This document shows positions 34,101 to 50,500 of a DNA stretch of 64,000 bases, in pieces; the stretch's first letter is position 1, and each line of letters opens with the position of its first letter. A model generated the notes under the pieces. That model was not told the DNA's origin and did no database searches. It worked only from the letters and a program-made list of their open reading frames with translations. The DNA lies in NCBI GenBank assembly GCA_964016885.1, contig OZ024759.1, positions 682,001 through 746,000 on the forward strand. The letters are read 5' to 3'. Position numbers and translations under genes: made by a program. Origin of the DNA: Eledone cirrhosa (Eukaryota).

Positions 34101-37100
34101 TATATTAGTAGCATGACACAGTCTATATTAGTAACATGACAGTCTATATTAGTAACATGACAAAGTCTATATTAGTAGCATGACACAGTCTATATTAGTA
34201 ACATGAAACAGTCTATATTAGTAACATGACACAGTCTATATTAGTAACATGACACTGTCTATATTAGTAACTTGACAAAGTCTATATTAGTAACATGACA
34301 CAGTCTATATTAGTAACATGACACAGTCTATATTAGTAACATGACAAAGTCTATATTAGTAGCATGACAAAGTCTATATTAGTAACATGACAAAGTCTAT
34401 ATTAGTAACATGACACAGTCTATATTAGTAACATGACAAAGACTATATTAGTAACATGACAGTCTATATTAGTAACATGACAAAGTCTATATTAGTAACA
34501 TGACAGTCTATATTAGTAACATGACAGTCTATATTAGTAGCATGACAAAGTCTATATTAGTAACATGACACAGTCTATATTAGTAACATGACATAGTCTA
34601 TATTAGTAACATGACATAGTCTATATTAGTAGCATGACAAAGTTTATATTAGTAACATGACAAAGTCTATATTAGTAACATGAATCAGTCTATATTAGTA
34701 ACATGACAAAGTCTATATTAGTAGCATGACAAAGTCTATATTAGTAGCATGACACAGTCTATATTAGTAACATGACACAGTCTATATTAGTAACATGACA
34801 CAGTCTATATTAGTAACATGACAAAGTCTATATTAGTAACATGACAAAGTCTATATTAGTAACATGAATCAGTCTATATTAGTAACATGACAAAGTCTAT
34901 ATTAGTAACATGACACTGTCTATATTAGTAACTTGACAAAGTCTATATTAGTAACATGACACAGTCTATATTAGTAACATGACACAGTCTATATTAGTAA
35001 CATGACAAAGTCTATATTAGTAGCATGACAAAGTCTATATTAGTAACATGACACAGTCTATATTAGTAACATGACAAAGTCTATATTAGTAACATGACAA
35101 AGTCTATATTAGTAACATGACAAAGTCTATATTAGTAACATGACAAAGTCTATATTAGTAACATGACAGTCTATATTAGTAACATGACAGTCTATATTAG
35201 TAGCATGACAAAGTCTATATTAGTAACATGACAAAGTCTATATTAGTAACATGACACAGTGTATATTAGTAACATGACACAGTCTATATTAGTAACATGA
35301 CAAAGTCTATATTAGTAACATGGCAAAGTCTATATTAGTAACATGACAAAGTCTATATTAGTAACATGACAAGGTCTATATTAGTAACATGACACAGTCT
35401 ATATTAGTAACATAACACAGTCTATATTAGTAACATGACAGTCTATATTAGTAACATGACAAAGTCTATATTAGTAGCATGACAAAGTCTATATTAGTAA
35501 CATGACACAGTCTATATTAGTAACATGACAAGGTCTATATTAGTAACATGACAAAGTCTATATTAGTAACATGACAAAGTCTATATTAGTAACATGACAA
35601 AGTCTATATTAGTAACATGACACAGTCTATATTAGTAACATGACAGTCTATATTAGTAACATGACAAAGTCTATATTAGTAGCATGACAAAGTCTATATT
35701 AGTAACATGACACAGTCTATATTAGTAACATGACAATCTATATTCGTAACATGACACAGTCTATATTAGTAACATGACAAAGTCTATATTAGTAGCATGA
35801 CAAAGTCTATATTAGTAACATGACAGTCTATATTAGTAACATGACAAAGTCTATATTAGTAGCATGACAAAGTCTATATTAGTAGCATGACACAGTCTAT
35901 ATTAGTAACATGACACAGTCTATATTAGTAACATGGCACAGTCTATATTAGTAACATGACAAAGTCTATATTAGTAGCATGACAAAGTCTATATTAGTAA
36001 CATGACAAAGTCTATATTAGTAACATGACACAGTCTATATTAGTAACATGACAAAGTCTATATTAGTAACATGACAAAGTCTATATTAGTAACATGACAC
36101 AGTCTATATTAGTAACATGACAAAGTCTATATTAGTAACATTATACTGTCTATATTAGTAACTTGACAAAGTCTATATTAGTAACATGACACAGTCTATA
36201 TAAGTAACATGACACAGTCTATATTAGTAACATGACAAAGTCTATATTAGTAGCATGACAAAGTCTACATTAGTAACATGACAAAGTCTATATTAGTAAC
36301 ATGACACAGTCTATATTAGTAACATGACAAAATCTATATTAGTAACATGACACAGTCTATATTAGTAACATGACAAAGTCTATATTAGTAACATGACAGT
36401 CTATATTAGTAACATGACAGTCTATATTAGTAGCATGACAAAGTCTATATTAGTAACATGACAAAGTCTATATTAGTAACATGACACAGTCTATATTAGT
36501 AACATGACACAGTCTATATTAGTAACATGACAGTCTATATTAGTAGCATGACAAAGTCTATATTAGTAACATGACACAGTCTATATTAGTAACATGACAA
36601 AGTCTATATTAGTAACATGACACAGTCTATATTAGTAACATGACACAGTCTATATTAGTAACATGACAAAGTCTATATTAGTAACATGACACAGTCTATA
36701 TTAGTAACATGACAAAGTCTATATTAGTAACATGACACAGTCTATATTAGTAACATGACAAAGTCTATATTAGTAGCATGACAAAGTCTATATTAGTAAC
36801 ATGACACAGTCTATATTAGTAACATGACAAAGTCTATATTAGTAACATGACAAAGTCTATATTAGTAACATGACAAAGTCTATATTAGTAACATGACACA
36901 GTCTATATTAGTAACATGACACAGTCTATATTAGTAACATGACACAGTCTATATTAGTAACATGACACAGTCTATATTAGTAACATGACAAAGTCTATAT
37001 TAGTAACATGGCAAAGTCTATATTAGTAACATGACAAAGTCTATATTAGTAACATGACAAGGTCTATATTAGTAACATGACACAGTCTATATTAGTAACA

Positions 37101-40100
37101 TGACAGTCTATATTAGTAACATGACAAAGTCTATATTAGTAGCATGACAAAGTCTATATTAGTAACATGACACAGTCTATATTAGTAACATAACAGTCTA
37201 TATTAGTAACATGACACATTCTATATTAGTAACATGACAAAGTCTATATTAGGAGCATGACAAAGTCTATATTAGTAACATGACAGTCCATATTAGTAAC
37301 ATGACAAAGTCTATATAAGTAGCATGACAAAGTCTACATTAGTAGCATGACACAGTCTATATTAGTAACATGACAGAGTCTATATTAGTAACATGACAAA
37401 GTCTATATTAGTAGCATGACACAGTCTATATTAGTAACATGACAGTCTATATTAGTAACATGACAAAGTCTATATTAGTAGCATGACAAAGTCTATATTA
37501 GTAACATGACACAGTCTATATTAGTAACATGACAATCTATATTAGTAACATGACACAGTCTATATTAGTAACATGACAAAGTCTATATTAGTAGCATGAC
37601 AAAGTCTATATTAGTAACATGACAGTCTATATTAGTAACATGACAAAGTCTATATTAGTAGCATGACACAGTCTATATTAGTAACATGACAGTCTATATT
37701 AGTAACATGACAAAGTCTATATTAGTAGCATGACACAGTCTATATTAGTAACATGAAACAGTCTATATTAGTAACATGACAAAGTCTATATTAGTAACAT
37801 GACACTGTCTATATTAGTAACTTGACAAAGTCTATATTAGTAACATGACACAGTCTATATTAGTAACATGACACAGTCTATATTAGTAACATGACAAAGT
37901 CTATATTAGTAGCATGACAAAGTCTATATTAGTAACATGACAAAGTCTATATTAGTAACATGACACAGTCTATATTAGTAGCATGACAAAGTCTATATTA
38001 GTAACATGACAGTCCATATTAGTAACATGACAAAGTCTATATCAGTAGCATGACAAAGTCTACATTAGTAGCATGACACAGTCTATATTAGTAACATGAC
38101 ACAATCTATATTAGTAACATGACAAAGTCTATATTAGTAGCATGACACAGTCTATATTAGTAACATGACAGTCTATATTAGTAACATGACAAAGTCTATA
38201 TTAGTAGCATGACACAGTCTATATTAGTAACATGACAGTCTATATTAGTAACATGACAAAGTCTATATTAGTAACATGACAAAGTCTATATTAGTAGCAT
38301 GACAAAGTCTATATTAGTAACATGACAGTCTATATTAGTAACATGACAAAGTCTATATTAGTAGCATGACACAGTCTATATTAGTAACATGACAGTCTAT
38401 ATTAGTAACATGACAAAGTCTATATTAGTAGCATGACACAGTCTATATTAGTAACATGAAACAGTCTATATTAGTAACATGACACAGTCTATATTAGTAA
38501 CATGACACTGTCTATATTAGTAACATGACAGTCTATATTAGTAACATGACACAGTCTATATTAGTAACATGACAATCTATATTAGTAACATGACACAGTC
38601 TATATTAGTAACATGACAAAGTCTATATTAGTAGCATGACAAAGTCTATATTAGTAACATGACAGTCTATATTAGTAACATGACAAAGTCTATATTAGTA
38701 GCATGACACAGTCTATATTAGTAACATGACAGTCTATATTAGTAACATGACAAAGTCTATATTAGTAGCATGACACAGTCTATATTAGTAACATGAAACA
38801 GTCTATATTAGTAACATGACACAGTCTATATTAGTAACATGACACTGTCTATATTAGTAACTTGACAAAGTCTATATTAGTAACATGACACAGTCTATAT
38901 TAGTAACATGACACAGTCTATATTAGTAACATGACAAAGTCTATATTAGTAGCATGACAAAGTCTATATTAGTAACATGACAAAGTCTATATTAGTAACA
39001 TGACACAGTCTATATTAGTAACATGACAAAGACTATATTAGTAACATGACAGTCTATATTAGTAACATGACAAAGTCTATATTAGTAACATGACAGTCTA
39101 TATTAGTAACATGACAGTCTATATTAGTAGCATGACAAAGTCTATATTAGTAACATGACACAGTCTATATTAGTAACATGACATAGTCTATATTAGTAAC
39201 ATGACATAGTCTATATTAGTAGCATGACAAAGTTTATATTAGTAACATGACAAAGTCTATATTAGTAACATGAATCAGTCTATATTAGTAACATGACAAA
39301 GTCTATATTAGTAGCATGACAAGGTCTATATTAGTAGCATAACACAGTCTATATTAGTAACATGACACAGTCTATATTAGTAACATGACACAGTCTATAT
39401 TAGTAACATGACAAAGTCTATATTAGTAACATGACAAAGTCTATATTAGTAACATGAATCAGTCTATATTAGTAACATGACAAAGTCTATATTAGTAACA
39501 TGACACTGTCTATATTAGTAACTTGACAAAGTCTATATTAGTAACATGACACAGTCTATATTAGTAACATGACACAGTCTATATTAGTAACATGACAAAG
39601 TCTATATTAGTAGCATGACAAAGTCTATATTAGTAACATGACACAGTCTATATTAGTAACATGACAAAGTCTATATTAGTAACATGACAAAGTCTATATT
39701 AGTAACATGACAAAGTCTATATTAGTAACATGACAAAGTCTATATTAGTAACATGACAGTCTATATTAGTAACATGACAGTCTATATTAGTAGCATGACA
39801 AAGTCTATATTAGTAACATGACAAAGTCTATATTAGTAACATGACACAGTGTATATTAGTAACATGACACAGTCTATATTAGTAACATGACAAAGTCTAT
39901 ATTAGTAACATGGCAAAGTCTATATTAGTAACATGACAAAGTCTATATTAGTAACATGACAAGGTCTATATTAGTAACATGACACAGTCTATATTAGTAA
40001 CATAACACAGTCTATATTAGTAACATGACAGTCTATATTAGTAACATGACAAAGTCTATATTAGTAGCATGACAAAGTCTATATTAGTAACATGACACAG

Positions 40101-43100
40101 TCTATATTAGTAACATGACAAGGTCTATATTAGTAACATGACAAAGTCTATATTAGTAACATGACAAAGTCTATATTAGTAACATGACAAAGTCTATATT
40201 AGTAACATGACACAGTCTGTATTAGTAACATGACAGTCTATATTAGTAACATGACAAAGTCTATATTAGTAGCATGACAAAGTCTATATTAGTAACATGA
40301 CACAGTCTATATTAGTAACATGACAATCTATATTCGTAACATGACACAGTCTATATTAGTAACATGACAAAGTCTATATTAGTAGCATGACAAAGTCTAT
40401 ATTAGTAACATGACAGTCTATATTAGTAACATGACAAAGTCTATATTAGTAGCATGACAAAGTCTATATTAGTAGCATGACACAGTCTATATTAGTAACA
40501 TGACACAGTCTATATTAGTAACATGGCACAGTCTATATTAGTAACATGACAAAGTCTATATTAGTAGCATGACAAAGTCTATATTAGTAACATGACAAAG
40601 TCTATATTAGTAACATGACACAGTCTATATTAGTAACATGACAAAGTCTATATTAGTAACATGACAAAGTCTATATTAGTAACATGACACAGTCTATATT
40701 AGTAACATGACAAAGTCTATATTAGTAACATTATACTGTCTATAATAGTAACTTGACAAAGTCTATATTAGTAACATGACACAGTCTATATAAGTAACAT
40801 GACACAGTCTATATTAGTAACATGACAAAGTCTATATTAGTAGCATGACAAAGTCTACATTAGTAACATGACAAAGTCTATATTAGTAACATGACACAGT
40901 CTATATTAGTAACATGACAAAATCTATATTAGTAACATGACACAGTCTATATTAGTAACATGACAAAGTCTATATTAGTAACATGACAGTCTATATTAGT
41001 AACATGACAGTCTATATTAGTAGCATGACAAAGTCTATATTAGTAACATGACAAAGTCTATATTAGTAACATGACACAGTCTATATTAGTAACATGACAC
41101 AGTCTATATTAGTAACATGACAGTCTATATTAGTAGCATGACAAAGTCTATATTAGTAACATGACACAGTCTATATTAGTAACATGACAAAGTCTATATT
41201 AGTAACATGACACAGTCTATATTAGTAACATGACACAGTCTATATTAGTAACATGACAAAGTCTATATTAGTAACATGACACAGTCTATATTAGTAACAT
41301 GACAAAGTCTATATTAGTAACATGACACAGTCTATATTAGTAACATGACAAAGTCTATATTAGTAGCATGACAAAGTCTATATTAGTAACATGACACAGT
41401 CTATATTAGTAACATGACAAAGTCTATATTAGTAACATGACAAAGTCTATATTAGTAACATGACAAAGTCTATATTAGTAACATGACACAGTCTATATTA
41501 GTAACATGACACAGTCTATATTAGTAACATGACACAGTCTATATTAGTAACATGACACAGTCTATATTAGTAACATGACAAAGTCTATATTAGTAACATG
41601 GCAAAGTCTATATTAGTAACATGACAAAGTCTATATTAGTAACATGACAAGGTCTATATTAGTAACATGACACAGTCTATATTAGTAACATGACACAGTC
41701 TATATTAGTAACATGACAGTCTATATTAGTAACATGACAAAGTCTATATTAGTAGCATGACAAAGTCTATATTAGTAACATGACACAGTCTATATTAGTA
41801 ACATAACAGTCTATATTAGTAACATGACACATTCTATATTAGTAACATGACAAAGTCTATATTAGGAGCATGACAAAGTCTATATTAGTAACATGACAGT
41901 CCATATTAGTAACATGACAAAGTCTATATAAGTAGCATGACAAAGTCTACATTAGTAGCATGACACAGTCTATATTAGTAACATGACAGAGTCTATATTA
42001 GTAACATGACAAAGTCTATATTAGTAGCATGACACAGTCTATATTAGTAACATGACAGTCTATATTAGTAACATGACAAAGTCTATATTAGTAGCATGAC
42101 AAAGTCTATATTAGTAACATGACACAGTCTATATTAGTAACATGACAATCTATATTAGTAACATGACACAGTCTATATTAGTAACATGACAAAGTCTATA
42201 TTAGTAGCATGACAAAGTCTATATTAGTAACATGACAGTCTATATTAGTAACATGACAAAGTCTATATTAGTAGCATGACACAGTCTATATTAGTAACAT
42301 GACAGTCTATATTAGTAACATGACAAAGTCTATATTAGTAGCATGACACAGTCTATATTAGTAACATGAAACAGTCTATATTAGTAACATGACAAAGTCT
42401 ATATTAGTAACATGACACTGTCTATATTAGTAACTTGACAAAGTCTATATTAGTAACATGACACAGTCTATATTAGTAACATGACACAGTCTATATTAGT
42501 AACATGACAAAGTCTATATTAGTAGCATGACAAAGTCTATATTAGTAACATGACAAAGTCTATATTAGTAACATGACACAGTCTATATTAGTAACATGAC
42601 AAAGACTATATTAGTAACATGACAGTCTATATTAGTAACATGACAAAGTCTATATTAGTAACATGACAGTCTATATTAGTAACATGACAGTCTATATTAG
42701 TAGCATGACAAAGTCTATATTAGTAGCATGACAAAGTTTATATTAGTAACATGACAAAGTCTATATTAGTAACATGACACAGTCTATATTAGTACCATGA
42801 CAAAGTCTATATTATTAACATGACACAGTCTATATTAGTAGCATGACAAAGTCTATATTAGTAACATGACACAGTCTATATTAGTAACATGACACAGTCT
42901 ATATTAGTAACATGACAAAGTCTATATTAGTAACATGACAAAGTCTATATTACTAACATGACAAAGTCTATATTAGTAACATGACACAGTCTATATTAGT
43001 AACATGACAAAGTCTATATTAGTAACATGACACAGTCTATATTAGTAACATGACACAGTCTATATTAGTAACATGACACAGTCTATATTAGTAACATGAC

Positions 43101-44550
43101 AAAGTCTATATTAGTAACATGACAAAGTCTATATTAGTAACATGACAGTCTATATTAGTAGCATGACAAAGTCTATATTAGTAACATGACACAGTCTATA
43201 TTAGTAACATGACAAAGTCTCTATTAGTAACATGACAAAGTCTATATTAGTAACATGACAGTCTATATTAGTAACATGACACAGTCTATATTAGTAACAT
43301 GACACAGTCTATATTAGTAACATGACAAAGTCTATATTAGTAACATGACACAGTCTATATTACTAACATGACAAAGTCTATATTAGTAACATGACACAGT
43401 CTATATTAGTAACATGACAAAGTCTATATGAGTAACATGACACTGTCTATATTAGTAACTTGACAAAGTCTATATTAGTAACATGACACAGTCTATATTA
43501 GTAACATGACACAGTCTATATTAGTAACATGACAAAGTCTATATTAGTAGCATGACAAAGTCTATATTAGTAACATGACAAAGTCTATATTAGTAACATG
43601 ACACAGTCTATATTAGTAACATGACAAAGACTATATTAGTAACATGACAGTCTATATTAGTAACATGACAAAGTCTATATTAGTAACATGACAGTCTATA
43701 TTAGTAACATGACAGTCTATATTAGTAGCATGACAAAGTCTATATTAGTAACATGACACAGTCTATATTAGTAACATGACATAGTCTATATTAGTAACAT
43801 GACATAGTCTATATTAGTAGCATGACAAAGTTTATATTAGTAACATGACAAAGTCTATATTAGTAACATGACACAGTCTATATTAGTACCATGACAAAGT
43901 CTATATTAGTAACATGACACAGTCTATATTAGTAGCATGACAAAGTCTATATTAGTAACATGACACAGTCTATATTAGTAACATGACACAGTCTATATTA
44001 GTAACATGACAAAGTCTATATTAGTAACATGACAAAGTCTATATTACTAACATGACAAAGTCTATATTAGTAACATGACACAGTCTATATTAGTAACATG
44101 ACAAAGTCTATATTAGTAACATGACACAGTCTATATTAGTAACATGACACAGTCTATATTAGTAACATGACACAGTCTATATTAGTAACATGACAAAGTC
44201 TATATTAGTAACATGACAAAGTCTATATTAGTAACATGACAGTCTATATTAGTAACATGACAAAGTCTATATTAGTAACATGACACAGTCTATATTAGTA
44301 ACATGACAAAGTCTCTATTAGTAACATGACAAAGTCTATATTAGTAACATGACAGTCTATATTAGTAACATGACACAGTCTATATTAGTAACATGACACA
44401 GTCTATATTAGTAACATGACAAAGTCTATATTAGTAACATGACACAGTCTATATTACTAACATGACAAAGTCTATATTAGTAACATGACACAGTCTATAT
44501 TAGTAACATGACAAAGTCTATATTAGTAACATGACACAGTCTATATTAGT
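22150..44550 (+). repeat. Satellite sub-domain B
   Basis: Private variants: gaatcagtc (23933, 24117, 34682, 34866, 39272, 39456), ttaggagcat (26526, 28089, 30296, 37252, 41865), tatcagtag (22704, 38043), gtctgtatt (24880, 40219) and attatactgtc. Domain A markers are absent. Confidence 0.75.
26370..31950 (+). repeat. Nested tandem duplications (1,563 bp and 2,207 bp) inside domain B
   Basis: ggagcat lies at 26526/28089/30296 and gtaccat at 27456/29019/31226, giving offsets of 1563 then 2207. tatgagt at 29654/31861 also gives 2207. Confidence 0.8.
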
Positions 44551-47500
44551 AACATGACACAGTCTATATTAGTAACATCACAAAGTCTCTATTAGTAACA
44601 TGACAAAGTCTATATTAGTAATATGACAGTCTATATTAGTAACATGACAATGTCTCTATTAGTAACATGACAAAGTCTATATTAGTAACATGACAGTCTA
44701 TATTAGTAACATGACAAAGTCTATATTAGTAACATGACAGTCTATATTGTAACATGACACAGTCTATATTAGTAACATGACACAGTCTATATTAGTAACA
44801 TGACATAGTCTATATTAGTAACATGACAAAGTCTATATTAGTAACATGACAGTCTATATTGTAACATGACACAGTCTATATTAGTAACATGACACAGTCT
44901 ATATTAGTAACATGACAGTCTATATTAGTAACATGACAAAGTCTATATTACTAACATGACAAGGTCTATATTAGTAACATGACACCGTCTATATTAGTAA
45001 CATAACACAGTCTATATTAGTAACATGACAGTCTATATTAGTAACATGACACCGTCTATATTAGTAACATAACACAGTCTATATTAGTAACATGACAGTC
45101 TATATTAGTAACATGACAAAGTCTATATTAGTAGCATGACAAAGTCTATATTAGTAACATGACACAGTCTATATTAGTAACATGACAAGGTCTATATTAG
45201 TAACATGACAAAGTCTATATTAGTAACATGACAAAGTCTATATTAGTAACATGACACAGTCTATATTAGTAACATGACACAGTCTATATTAGTAACATGA
45301 CACAGTGTATATTAGTAACATGACACAGTCTATATTAGTAACATGGCAAAGTCTATATTAGTAACATGACAAAGTCTATATTAGTAACATGACAAGGTCT
45401 ATATTAGTAACATGACAACGTCTATATTAGTAACATAACACAGTCTATATTAGTAACATGACAGTCTATATTAGTAACATGACAAAGTCTATATTAGTAG
45501 CATGACAAAGTCTATATTAGTAACATGACACAGTCTATATTAGTAACATGACAAGGTCTATATTAGTAACATGACAAAGTCTATATTAGTAACATGACAA
45601 AGTCTATATTAGTAACATGACAAAGTCTATATTAGTAACATGACACAGTCTATATTAGTAACATGACAGTCTATATTAGTAACATGACAAAGTCTATATT
45701 AGTAGCATGACAAAGTCTATATTAGTAACATGACACAGTCTATATTAGTAACATGACAATCTATATTCGTAACATGACACAGTCTATATTAGTAACATGA
45801 CAAAGTCTATATTAGTAATATGACAGTCTATATTAGTAACATGACAATGTCTCTATTAGTAACATGACAAAGTCTATATTAGTAACATGACAGTCTATAT
45901 TAGTAACATGACAAAGTCTATATTAGTAACATGACAGTCTATATTGTAACATGACACAGTCTATATTAGTAACATGACACAGTCTATATTAGTAACATGA
46001 CATAGTCTATATTAGTAACATGACAAAGTCTATATTAGTAACATGACAGTCTATATTGTAACATGACACAGTCTATATTAGTAACATGACACAGTCTATA
46101 TTAGTAACATGACAGTCTATATTAGTAACATGACAAAGTCTATATTACTAACATGACAAAGTCTATATTAGTAAAATGACACAGTCTATATTAGTAACAT
46201 GACAAAGTCTATATTAGTAACATGACACAGTCTATATTAGTAACATGACATAGTCTATATTAGTAACATGACAAAGTCTATATTAGTAGCATGACACAGT
46301 CTATATTAGTAACATGACACAGTCTATATTAGTAACATGACAGTCTATATTAGTAACATGACAAAGTCTATATTAGTAGCATGACAAAGTCTATATTAGT
46401 AACATGACACAGTCTATATTAGTAACATGACAGTCTATATTAGTAACATGACACAGTCTATATTAGTAACATGACAAAGTCTATATTAGTAGCATGACAA
46501 AGTCTATATTAGTAACATGACAGTCTATATTAGTAACATGACAAAGTCTATATTAGTAGCATGACAAAGTCTATATTAGTAGCATGACACAGTCTATATT
46601 AGTAACATGACACAGTCTATATTAGTAACATGACACAGTCTATATTAGTAACATGACAAAGTCTATATTAGTAACATGACAAAGTCTATATTAGTAACAT
46701 GAAACAGTCTATATTAGTAACATGACAAAGTCTATATTAGTAACATGACACTGTCTATATTAGTAACTTGACAAAGTCTATATTAGTAACATGACACAGT
46801 CTATATTAGTAACATGACACAGTCTATATTAGTAACATGACAAAGTCTATATTAGTAGCATGACAAAGTCTATATTAGTAACATGACAAAGTCTATATTA
46901 GTAACATGACACAGTCTATATTAGTAACATGACAAAGACTATATTAGTAACATGGCAGTCTATTTTAGTAACATGACAAAGTCTATATTAGTAACATGAC
47001 AGTCTATATTAGTAACATGACAGTCTATATTAGTAGCATGACAAAGTCTATATTAGTAACATGACACAGTCTATATTAGTAACATGACATAGTCTATATT
47101 AGTAACATGACATAGTCTATATTAGTAGCATGACAAAGTCTATATTAGTAACATGACAAAGTCTATATTAGTAACATGACACAGTCTATATTAGTACCAT
47201 GACAAAGTCTATATTAGTAACATGACACAGTCTATATTAGTAGCATGACAAAGTCTATATTAGTAACATGACACAGTCTATATTAGTAACATGACACAGT
47301 CTATATTAGTAACATGACAAAGTCTATATTAGTAACATGACAAAGTCTATATTACTAACATGACAAAGTCTATATTAGTAACATGACACAGTCTATATTA
47401 GTAACATGACAAAGTCTATATTAGTAACATGACACAGTCTATATTAGTAACATGACACAGTCTATATTAGTAACATGACACAGTCTATATTAGTAACATG

Positions 47501-50500
47501 ACAAAGTCTATATTAGTAACATGACAAAGTCTATATTAGTAACATGACAGTCTATATTAATAACATGACACAGTCTATATTAGTAACATGACAAAGTCTC
47601 TATTAGTAACATGACAAAGTCTATATTAGTAACATGACAGTCTATATTAGTAACATGACAAAGTCTCTATTAGTAACATGACAAAGTCTATATTAGTAAC
47701 ATGACAGTCTATATTAGTAACATGACAAAGTCTATATTAGTAACATGACAGTCTATATTGTAACATGACACAGTCTATATTAGTAACATGACACAGTCTA
47801 TATTTGTAACATGACATAGTCTATATTAGTAACATGACAAAGTCTATATTAGTAACATGACAGTCTATATTGTAACATGACACAGTCTATATTAGTAACA
47901 TGACACAGTCTATATTAGTAACATGACAAAGTCTATATTAGTAGCATGACACAGTCTATATTAGTAACATGACACAGTCTATATTAGTAACATGACAGTC
48001 TATATTAGTAACATGACAAAGTCTATATTAGTAGCATGACAAAGTCTATATTAGTAACATGACACAGTCTATATTAGTAACATGACAATCTATATTAGTA
48101 ACATGACACAGTCTATATTAGTAACATGACAAAGTCTATATTAGTAGCATGACAAAGTCTATATTAGTAATATGACAGTCTATATTAGTAACATGACAAA
48201 GTCTATATTAGTAGCATGACAAAGTCTATATTAGTAGCATGACACAGTCTATATTAGTAACATGACACAGTCTATATTAGTAACATGACACAGTCTATAT
48301 TAGTAACATGATTAGGTCTATATAAGTAGCATGACAAAGTCTATATTAGTAACATGACAAAGTCTATATTAGTAACATGACACAGTCTATATTAGTAACA
48401 TGACAAAGTCTATATTAGTAACATGACAAAGTCTATATTAGTAACATGACACAGTCTATATTAGTAACATGACAAAGTCTATATTAGTAACATGACACTA
48501 TCTATATTAGTAACTTGACAAAGTCTATATTAGTAACATGACACAGTCTATATTAGTAACATGACACAGTCTATATTAGTAACATGACAAAGTCTATATT
48601 AGTAGCATGACAAAGTCTATATTAGTAACATGACAAAGTCTATATTAGTAACATGACACAGTCTATATTAGTAACATGACAAAGTCTATATTAGTAGCAT
48701 GACAAAGTCTATATTAGTAACATGACAAAGTCTATATTAGTAACATGACACAGTCTATATTAGTAACATGACAAAGTCTATATTAGTAACATGACACAGT
48801 CTATATTAGTAACATGACAAAGTCTATATTAGTAGCATGACAAAGTCTATATTAGTAACATGACACAGTCTATATTAGTAACATGACAAAGTCTATATTA
48901 GTAACATGACAAAGTCTATATTAGTAACATGACAAAGTCTATATTAGTAACATGACAAAGTCTATATTAGTAACATGACACAGTCTATATTAGTAACATG
49001 ACAGTCTATATTAGTAGCATGACAAAGTCTATATTAGTAACATGACAAAGTCTATATTAGTAACATGACACAGTCTATATTAGTACCATGACACAGTCTA
49101 TATTAGTAACATGACACCGTCTATATTAGTAACATAACACAGTCTATATTAGTAACATGACAGTCTATATTAGTAACATGACAAAGTCTATATTAGTAGC
49201 ATGACAAAGTCTATATTAGTAACATGACACAGTCTATATTAGTAACATGACAAGGTCTATATTAGTAACATGACAAAGTCTATATTAGTAACATGACAAA
49301 GTCTATATTAGTAACATGACAAAGTCTATATTAGTAACATGACACAGTCTATATTAGTAACATGACAGTCTATATTAGTAACATGACAAAGTCTATATTA
49401 GTAGCATGACAAAGTCTATATTAGTAACATGACACAGTCTATATTAGTAACATGACAATCTATATTCGTAACATGACACAGTCTATATTAGTAACATGAC
49501 AAAGTCTATATTAGTAGCATGACAAAGTCTATATTAGTAACATGACAGTCTATATTAGTAACATGACAAAGTCTATATTAGTAGCATGACAAAGTCTATA
49601 TTAGTAGCATGACACAGTCTATATTATTAACATGACACAGTCTATATTAGTAACATGGCACAGTCTATATTAGTAACATGACAAAGTCTATATTAGTAGC
49701 ATGACAAAGTCTATATTAGTAACATGACAAAGTCTATATTAGTAACATGACACAGTCTATATTAGTAACATGACAAAGTCTATATTAGTAACATGACAAA
49801 GTCTATATTAGTAACATGACACAGTCTATATTAGTAACATGACAGTCTATATTGTAACATGACACAGTCTATATTAGTAACATGACACAGTCTATATTAG
49901 TAACATGACAAAGTCTATATTAGTAGCATGACACAGTCTATATTAGTAACATGACACAGTCTATATTAGTAACATGACAGTCTATATTAGTAACATGACA
50001 AAGTCTATATTAGTAGCATGACAAAGTCTATATTAGTAACATGACACAGTCTATATTAGTAACATGACAATCTATATTAGTAACATGACACAGTCTATAT
50101 TAGTAACATGACAAAGTCTATATTAGTAGCATGACAAAGTCTATATTAGTAATATGACAGTCTATATTAGTAACATGACAAAGTCTATATTAGTAGCATG
50201 ACAAAGTCTATATTAGTAGCATGACACAGTCTATATTAGTAACATGACACAGTCTATATTAGTAACATGACACAGTCTATATTAGTAACATGATTAGGTC
50301 TATATAAGTAGCATGACAAAGTCTATATTAGTAACATGACAAAGTCTATATTAGTAACATGACACAGTCTATATTAGTAACATGACAAAGTCTATATTAG
50401 TAACATGACAAAGTCTATATTAGTAACATGACACAGTCTATATTAGTAACATGACAAAGTCTATATTAGTAACATGACACTATCTATATTAGTAACTTGA

